Origin: Octopus vulgaris
Lineage: Eukaryota
Direction: 5' to 3'
DNA: 64,000 nucleotides
Assembly: GCA_951406725.2 (NCBI GenBank)
Contig: OX597822.1
Location: 109,368,001 to 109,432,000 of the forward strand
Part shown: positions 56,045 to 64,000 of the stretch, piece after piece
Position numbering within the stretch: the first letter of the stretch is position 1
Layout: each line of letters begins with the position of its first letter
Notes under the pieces: model-generated
What the model saw: the letters and a program-made list of their open reading frames with translations, nothing else
Told to the model about the DNA's origin: nothing
Database searches by the model: none
Position numbers and translations under genes: made by a program

Positions 56045-56157
56045 TCGACGCGCTTCATTTAGTTTCCGTCGACCAAAGACAGTTTCCCGTCCCACGCAGT
56101 CGGATTGAACCCAGACCATGTGGTTGGGAAGCAATCGCCTTACAACGCAGCCACGTT

Positions 56158-56196
<39 letters not shown>

Positions 56197-57644
56197 GCGC
56201 ACACTCTCTCATACTCATACACACACACGTTTGTATGTATTTTTGGCTTTTAAATATATGTGTGTATGAATATGACGAAGTCAAAGTGTTCGTGTATATA
56301 AAAAAAAAATTCAAAAATACACACATTATGTAAATCGGAAAGAAAAAGTATATTTAATGACTTGATTGACTGAATGTAGTAATAATTACCCAGCCTAAAG
56401 AAATAAATAGACTCATCTTTATCATTAATATTAATGTCTTCCGTGTTTATATATGGACTATTACTGATTGTACGATTCAATATAGATAATTAGAGGATAA
56501 GTGAAGAATAAAACTATCAGCTCCATAACGCTGTTTTCAAGCACAATTGATTGACATTTTTGTAAATTTTAGTTTCAAATAAAAAACAGATAACATTAAT
56601 TCAAAAAAGAATACGCACACACACAAATACACACACAAATACACAAATGTACACATACACTTATAAAGGGTTGAAAGTAAAACGAAAATTACAAATGGAA
56701 GACAATTCATGCATTTAATCGATAATGGCGCTTTTATTTTAAGTCAGCATGTCAAGTTGCATAACGAGAAAGACAGGTTTAACATGTCAAACACTAAGCT
56801 TTGTTAAATCCTGAAGCCTTGATTACGCATTTACTTGCAAAAACCGGAAAACTTCAACTTCCGAATATCATATTGATTTAGGCTAATATTTCTCAATGTT
56901 TGCCATTGAAAGCTTCAAGGCGCGACAGAAATGTATTTTTTAAATGTATATTGATGATTATTCTTTGCAATAATTATAAATAAGTTTGATAGATTTAAAG
57001 GATTAAACTATAAAGTATAAAATGTAATAAATATATAAGATATATTCGTTTCCTCAACAAAAACAAAATTAATATACTAAATGGCATTTTTGAATAATTT
57101 TTTTTATTAGAAATAGTCATAAATTTTGAGATTGCTCCCAGGGGAATAATGTTATGTTTCTTACATATATCTATATGAAGTATCAGCTTCAAAGATATTA
57201 TGAAGATTAAAAATTTTCTATACTTTTTGTTTTATAATTTCAAAAGATTGAATGTAGAAAAGCAAAAGCGTTTTACATAATACTCTACTTACATAATACT
57301 CTGCCAGAAACTGACTGCCTTGTATGCACAGAATAAATTTGAAAAGGTTGAAAATGTATACTGCAGTTTAAACCAAAAGTGAAACAATTTTTATATCATT
57401 TGGAAAACTATATAATTTTTGGCCGCAGTCAAATGACTGAAACAAGTAAAATCATAAAAGAAAATCTAATTTTTTCCATTGTTTCTACGTAAGTTTAAGT
57501 AGTGCGCCATATACATTAACTCTAACCAAAACTGTCTGCATATTTTAACAGCGCTATAAAAATTAAATATATATTCTTTCTTACAATTCACCCGCGAGTA
57601 ATGTATGGCTTACATGCATACATAAATCTGTGTACATATACACT

Positions 57645-58077
57645 TTACTCTCTTTTTATTCTTTTACGTGTTTCAGTCCTTTGACTGCGGACATGCTGGA
57701 GCACCACCTTTAGTCGAGCAAATCGCCCCCAGGACTTATTCTCTGTAAGCTTAGTACTTATTCTATCGGTCACTTTTGCCGAAATACTAAGTTACGAGGA
57801 CGTAAACACACCAGCATCGGCTGTCAAGCGATGTTGAGGGGACAAACACAGACACGCAAACATATACACACCCACCAACCCCCACATATATATATATACA
57901 TATATATATATACGACTTGCTTCTTTTTAGTTTCCGTCCACCAAATCCATTCACAAGGCTTTGGTCGGCCCGGGGCTATAGTAGAAGACACTTGCCCAAG
58001 GTGCCACGTAGTGGGACTGAACCCGGAACCATGTGGTTGGTAAGGAAGCTACTTACCACACAGCCACTCCTGCACCT
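57645..58077 (-). mobile_element. Family A SINE, full length
   Basis: Reverse complement of family A. Confidence 0.9.
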
Positions 58078-59313
58078 ATATATACATACTTACATACAAA
58101 CATAAGTGCATATATATGTGTGTATGTGTGTGTTTACGCACAGGTAAATTCGATGTGAAAGGCAAAGAAATTTTGTTGATTCCGTAAGTTTACAGCTTTT
58201 TCATAATTTCCGTCATGTTAGATCAGTAAATTCGATGCAGTTGCATTTAAAATATCTACGCTGCACTCACAGACATGCACGCGTGCGTAAGTAAATATAA
58301 GACTGTGCAATTATACACGCCATTTTGTAGACGCCTCGAACTCATCTGTTGTATACAAAACAAGATCCATTAAATTTATACGTAATGATGGATGACAGTG
58401 GATGACATAAGAAAAGAATTACATTTCCAACTTGTACAATAATACACTTATAGAAACTCAGCTGCCAACATATTACTGTCAGTGTATCCTGTACACTCAT
58501 GATGCATAATCACATCGCAATTTGATAAATGTGCGACGTTTAAGCCCGTTCGTCAGCTGTTCCGCTAACTGTGCCTTCCGCTTTTTTCTCCGAATCCATT
58601 TGTATTACACACACGCACTCACACACACACACACAAACACACACACACGCACATACACAAACATAGAGACACACACACACACACAAACACGCACAGACAT
58701 GTACAGAGGCACAAACACGCATATACAAATACGCACGCACATTTACATACGCACTCACACATATACAAACAGACATACGCAGACGCGCATGCAGTCATGC
58801 ATGCGCACACTGGCCGTTCACACAAAAGCACACACACACACGCGTGTTCTAGTTCTTTAAATGTAAGCTTTCAAAAACAAAACATAATTCTCAATAGATA
58901 TCAAGAAACGTTCTATATCATCACATTAGTGATATGCAGTTAACGTTTGATGTATCTTTTGTTTTGCTGTTTGCAATAACCCGTTATATAAAGTTTGAGA
59001 GATAAATATATTACATCGTGCCTTAGAAGTCCTAGATTAGAATGCTGTTGAAGAAGCATCGCAGTTTTAAAGGAGAGAGAAATATTGTTGATAGGTACGA
59101 GCGCTCAACATCTGATATTATTTTTATCTTAACTACCTTATTTCACGGTATTGCATTTAGAATTCGATAAACGGAGACGTCGATTATACAAACTAGTAAG
59201 TGCTGCAGAGTAACGCTTATCTCCATCACTTTAAAACTCGGAATATGTATATCAGTCTTTTCTTGTGTGTATATACACCGAACGTGTAAATAAGGTAAAG
59301 TTTTTGTCAGTCT

Positions 59314-59648
59314 GAGGCCCCCTTCGGTCATGACTGCCAATGGGATTGCACCTAGAATGTTACCCTCACGGGCGCAAGTCCGGTCAAGGTTGTTTATGGA
59401 AGATCACCAGTCACCCATGCATATCAGCCTCCCCTCCCTACGCCAGCAGTGTTATCCAAGGGAAAAGTAAAGGCCGATACAGCTTGGCACCTGTGACGTC
59501 ACAACTCATTTCTAGAGTTGAGTGAACTGGAGCAACGGGAAATAATGTGTCTTGCTCAAGAAGACAACACGCAGGCCGGTCCAGGATTCGAGCTCACAAC
59601 CTCATGATCGAAAGCTCGACGCTCTAACCACTGAGCCATCCGCCTTCA
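59314..59648 (-). mobile_element. tRNA-SINE family C, full length
   Basis: Head ggcggatggctcagtggttagagcg...gagctcgaatcc; TSD tttgtcagt at 59303 and 59651. Confidence 0.87.
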
Positions 59649-60092
59649 CCTTTGTCAGTACATCTGTAGATATAACGAAGCTACATGGCGTATATATGGT
59701 TTTAAGCTCTATTGCATGCTGTAGGAAATTCAGTATTAGAGTTTGCAGTGGTTTGTTTGCTCAGCAGGTAATATTGGCCTAAGATAGGCAAGCAAACTAC
59801 TGTTCCACATTACCTTAATAATGATAAGTGAGAGCTAAAGAAGTCTTAGATATTTAAGCGTTACTGAATGCATACAAACGATCGTTTAGTGGCGACAGGT
59901 ATAACTTACCGAATCACTCAAACACGTAATTTTCATTTACCATACCGTATTATTCCAAAATTACCTCGCATCGTCACTGGCGGCTGAATTGCACGCAGGG
60001 CTTTGAAGTTTAGCATATGTAAATTAAAAAGAAAATAGAATTCTGACGATGATAAAATAAATTACCAATAAGATTTCGCACGCACACGCACG

Positions 60093-60159
<67 letters not shown>

Positions 60160-60675
60160 ATATATATATATATATATTTCGCTTTTGTGTCTGACTTGCA
60201 AGGTTCTTTATGAGACTTCGTGTGATAGAAGCAACTTTGTTGAGTCTAAGGAGAGTCATTATGCCAATATTTTTAAAAAGGGGCACTAGTTCAATTCCAC
60301 TTATTTATTAGTCATTTGGTTAATTATCCAAATAACTGCTTGAGTGCTAGGTTGCACAGTAAATCGTTTGTTTGGTATTCTTTTTTCGCTATTTATTGTT
60401 TGAGCTATTTTCAACTTTTCCAATAAATTTTTTTAGTCCGTTTTGGGGAGAAAATTTGTCTGTCTGAGGTCTTGGAGCATGCGTGTGCACGAGCCAGTGT
60501 GCGTGTATGCTTGAATGTGTATATATTTATGCGTCTATGTGTGTTGGCCTGCTTATGTGTTTGTGTATGTACATGTGTGTGTGTTTTTATGTGAGTACTT
60601 CCTCTTCCATATACGTTCGTCCGTATTTATGTGTGTATGAGCATGTGAGTCTATGTGTCCGTGCACCTGTGTGCC

Positions 60676-60706
<31 letters not shown>

Positions 60707-60744
60707 ATGCGAGGCATGTGTATGCTTTGTATATATATATATAT

Positions 60745-60837
60745 TTTTCCCTCCGTCTTCCCTTCCTTCCTGAGCATCCAATAATACTATATTTGTTCCA
60801 CGTCCTCGCGCTGTTGTGATTTCATGTTTGGATTAAC

Positions 60838-60838
<1 letters not shown>
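60745..60838 (+). mobile_element. 3' fragment of family H1
   Basis: cctgagcatccaataatactatatttgttccacgtcctcgcg...ggattaac + (TA)n, matching 47527-47606. Confidence 0.75.
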
Positions 60839-60904
<66 letters not shown>

Positions 60905-61229
60905 CTGTGGAAGTATGTGTGTGCGTGCATATACGTGATGTATGTGCCCGTGTGCTTAATGACTGCTTGAATGTGTAGGCGTTGAGAGGTGCGAGAGTGT
61001 ATGATCTTGTGTTTCTGTCTCCGTGAATGTATGTACGATTTTGCATGTGTACGTACATTCTGTCTGTAGTACCTATTTATCTACCTTTCTAGCTACCTAG
61101 TGAGTGCACATGCGCATTTACACACACATACACAAATACACACGCGTACACACACACACATACATATATGTGCATGTTATTCGTAACATCTAGGAGAAGG
61201 TGCTTCTTTTCCAAATAACATTTAATGTT

Positions 61230-61522
61230 AATGGAGTTTCAGCTGGGAGGAACTGATAACAGATGTGGCCAAATCCGGGATTCCAGCTTATGTCTTCACT
61301 TTTGCACCATAAAAAGAATGTGGCTCTTTCTGCTGCCTCGCCTGTTCTAAGCGGTGTCATCATTCACACTTTACTTCTCGTTTGACTAGGTGTAAACACG
61401 TTCAATACGGACTCGGCACGAAATCCCATACAGCGAACGTCAACCGGGAAAAGACTTGATTGCCATCCCTTCTCCCTGCAATCCTGCAAAAGGCTCTCGT
61501 AATTGGCACGCTTCCAAGAGAT
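61230..61522 (-). pseudogene. 3' relic of a HERO/NeSL-type restriction-like-endonuclease retrotransposon
   Basis: KRANYESLLQDCREKGWQSSLFPVDVRCMGF...GEAAERATFFLWCKSEDISW fits K..KY..L...C...GW.....PVEVGCRGF...EAAE.AS.WLW. Confidence 0.75.
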
Positions 61523-61582
61523 CGGTTAAATAATCGAAAGTGCTAATAACGAATTATACAAAATGTTGACTGCATCCTCTTT

Positions 61583-61646
<64 letters not shown>

Positions 61647-61653
61647 TGACATG

Positions 61654-62770
61654 CAGGGGTGGGGAATACATTGTCGTCTAAGTTACGCAAAAATGGAAAT
61701 AACACTGACATCTCATTTTAACAGATATATTTACCAATGTTATGTAATGATATCTTGAAATACTAAAGAGTAAATTTGTTCAATAAAATCGTCATTGGCT
61801 TCAACCATGGCCTCCAGACCATTTCGCAATATCCTGCAACTTTTCTAGACTGTCTCCTTGTTGACGTTGGTGATGATGTCATAATCATTGCCTTCAGTTC
61901 ATCTTTGGTGTTACAAGGAGTTATTTTGGTCACACACTCAACTGCGTCAAAGACATAATAATGAAGGGCGTTGTAGTCTAAAGGTTGAGGTGGTCATATG
62001 TTAGGGGTCATGTGGTTGCAGAAATTGTCTGATAGCTATGACTGGGTTCCCCTGATGGTGAGACATGAGCTACTGTCATGTTGCCAAACATAAGGTCATC
62101 CAGCAGTCACTCTCTTGACCCTGGGAGGCACAACCTCTTGCAGGCACTTGATGTAGGTCTCCATGTTGAGTCTGAGATCGTGTGGGAAGATGAATGGAGG
62201 CACAGCGTTACCATCACTAGCGATCACTCCAAACACCATTATGTCGACTGGAATTTTGACGTTTTAACAATCTCGATACATGTTTTGGGGATACTGCAAG
62301 CTGATAATTGTTCTGTGTGTTCACCATCTCACACTGGTAGAATTTTTCTCGTCGGAACAAAATAAAACTAAAGCATGTTTAGTTGGAGGGGGTGCTTGAG
62401 TTGTCCAAAAGCTTCGTAGCGCAGTCTTTCCACTTGACTAGTCTTTGCAGGTTTGGGATCTTTGTCAATCATGTTGTCAATTGCTGGATCTCACAAACAT
62501 ATTCACGAGTTCTTTTCTTATCAGAATGATCTGAGTGAGTTTTCCGATCTGCTGTACCTTCGTAATCGTCTTTTGACTCATTCAACTCTTCCCAAATCCT
62601 CTGCAGTCTCCTCAGATTGACATCTAAACACTCTGAAATGTTAGTATTGGAACTTCCAGCACGTATGCCAACCTGTACCTCATGTCGTTTCCAAAATTCT
62701 GGAAGTGTTAATTGCGTCGTGGTGTTGTTTTTCTCACACACGGTGCTCAACTGATCCTAGCCAGAAATTG
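61654..62770 (-). pseudogene. Tc1/mariner-superfamily (maT-like) transposon relic
   Basis: PYVWQHDS, LSDNFCNHMTPNI*PP..DYNAL.YYVFDAVE, PCNTKDELKA, N-terminal HTH-like ORF 62469-62750; TIR-like caggggtgggg at 61654; other TIR not found. Confidence 0.8.
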
Positions 62771-63720
62771 CTAGTCCTGTGCCAACATTAAATACAAGTA
62801 GTTTCTGATGGAATACAATTCTCTCTGTAAGGTTAAATAATACATCACTGGTTGATTTCACATTGTTGATTTCACTTAGAAGAAGCTCACCATTGACCGA
62901 GCATATCAATAAGTAGGTGTATTCAGGCGAATATGTTCGCAATATTTTTGTTTTCCTACGACAGTGCATCTGGCATGATAATATGCAATACGGTTGTCTT
63001 CTCTTAAGAGATTTGTCGTTCCTTTCCGGAAGGTAATTTAGAGTCGACTAATTCCTGATTTTCCTTTGAATGGACGAAAGAATAATCAATATTTATTTTC
63101 CATGTGAAACCACTTGTATTTAATATGTGTATTCCATGTTAACCCAGTTGAATTTAATTTTGGCACAAGGCTAGGTATTTTTGGGGAAGAATAATTCGTT
63201 TTCATTGACCCCAGTGTTTAACTGGTCCCTATTTCAAAGAACCCGAAGCGATGAAATGCACAGTCGACCTCGACGGAACTGGAAACTTATATGCAATAAT
63301 AAAAACTATACGTACTGTTTGTCATTTCCACTTACTACACCAATATAACTATGCGTAGCATATTTAAATTTGTTTGTTGAAGAACGCTCTCCATGAGCCG
63401 TTAAATACGGCGGTTAGATCGTTCTTGCATGGCGTAGGTCCTGAATTAAAATTGTTATGAAATTGAAATACTAATAAATATAAACCGCAGAGCACTGATA
63501 TATTGGTATGAAAGTTCAAACCTTAGTTGTTCTGTTTGTTTTTCGAACCATGAATGTCTAGTTTCCATTTGGGAATGTTGTATACAATTGATAATTTCCA
63601 CTTAAATAACTTAATGCAAGTTTGTAAGTAACAAATTAATGACCATTTATATTATTTGGAAACTTTTTAAATATTTTAATATGTAATATTTCGTTCACGT
63701 TTATTTATTATTTCTTACAG

Positions 63721-63818
63721 TGCATCAGGTGTGTCAGGAGTTACAAAGAAACAAGTTACCCAACTTTTGGATAATCTACTAATAAATTACAACAAAGGAT
63801 TCCGCCCTGGTCATGGTG
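63721..63818 (+). CDS. Exon of a Cys-loop ligand-gated ion channel subunit (GABA-A alpha/Grd-like N-terminus)
   Basis: Acceptor tttcttacag, donor G|GTAAGA; 98 nt, phase 2 to phase 1; ASGVSGVTKKQVTQLLDNLLINYNKGFRPGHG matches the family motif (I/L)LD.LL.GYD..LRP..G with a phase-1 intron right after it. Confidence 0.85.
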
Positions 63819-64000
63819 GTAAGAAGCCTGCCAGTTGTTTTCTTTTAAATCTATTATAGTAAATTAATTTCTCTGTCATTTTCTATCTACCATCTGTTTA
63901 TTCTTTTTATATTTTCTATACTTTTAACCCGACTACTACTATAGATTAATGAAAGAGCCTTAATATTTTTTCTCCTTCACATGCATTTCACGTACATATC

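Noticed and set aside
63721-63818. Assignment as an octopus chemotactile or nicotinic receptor
   Set aside because: LLDNLL..Y....RPGHG with an intron right after fits GABA-A/Grd-type subunits better; no gene symbol assigned.

Overview
AT-rich, repeat-dense eukaryotic DNA. The SINE families and microsatellite load point to an octopus (coleoid cephalopod) genome; this is pattern recognition, not a database result. Almost all ORF-track entries are microsatellite noise or transposon relics. Host gene: two + strand exons that splice in frame. One is a signal-peptide exon (40635/40644-40726); the other (63721-63818) encodes VTQLLDNLLINYNKGFRPGHG, the N-terminal helix of a GABA-A/Grd-like Cys-loop channel. 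A ~23 kb intron separates them. Mobile DNA includes R4/Dong-type, CR1, RTE and HERO-type LINE fragments, a Penelope-like GIY-YIG relic, hAT, mariner and maT/Tc1-like relics, and four tRNA-SINE families. Most interesting signal: several unrelated short non-coding elements sit in or against microsatellites, mostly (TA)n, and carry minimal type I hammerhead ribozymes with palindromic stem III. They include a 589-bp-period, 1.5-mer retrozyme-like element whose 5' end falls 2 nt from the predicted cleavage site, two head-to-head fold-back palindromes inside the receptor intron, U4C core variants, and a compensatory U3:A8 variant. All folds were done by eye and are untested.
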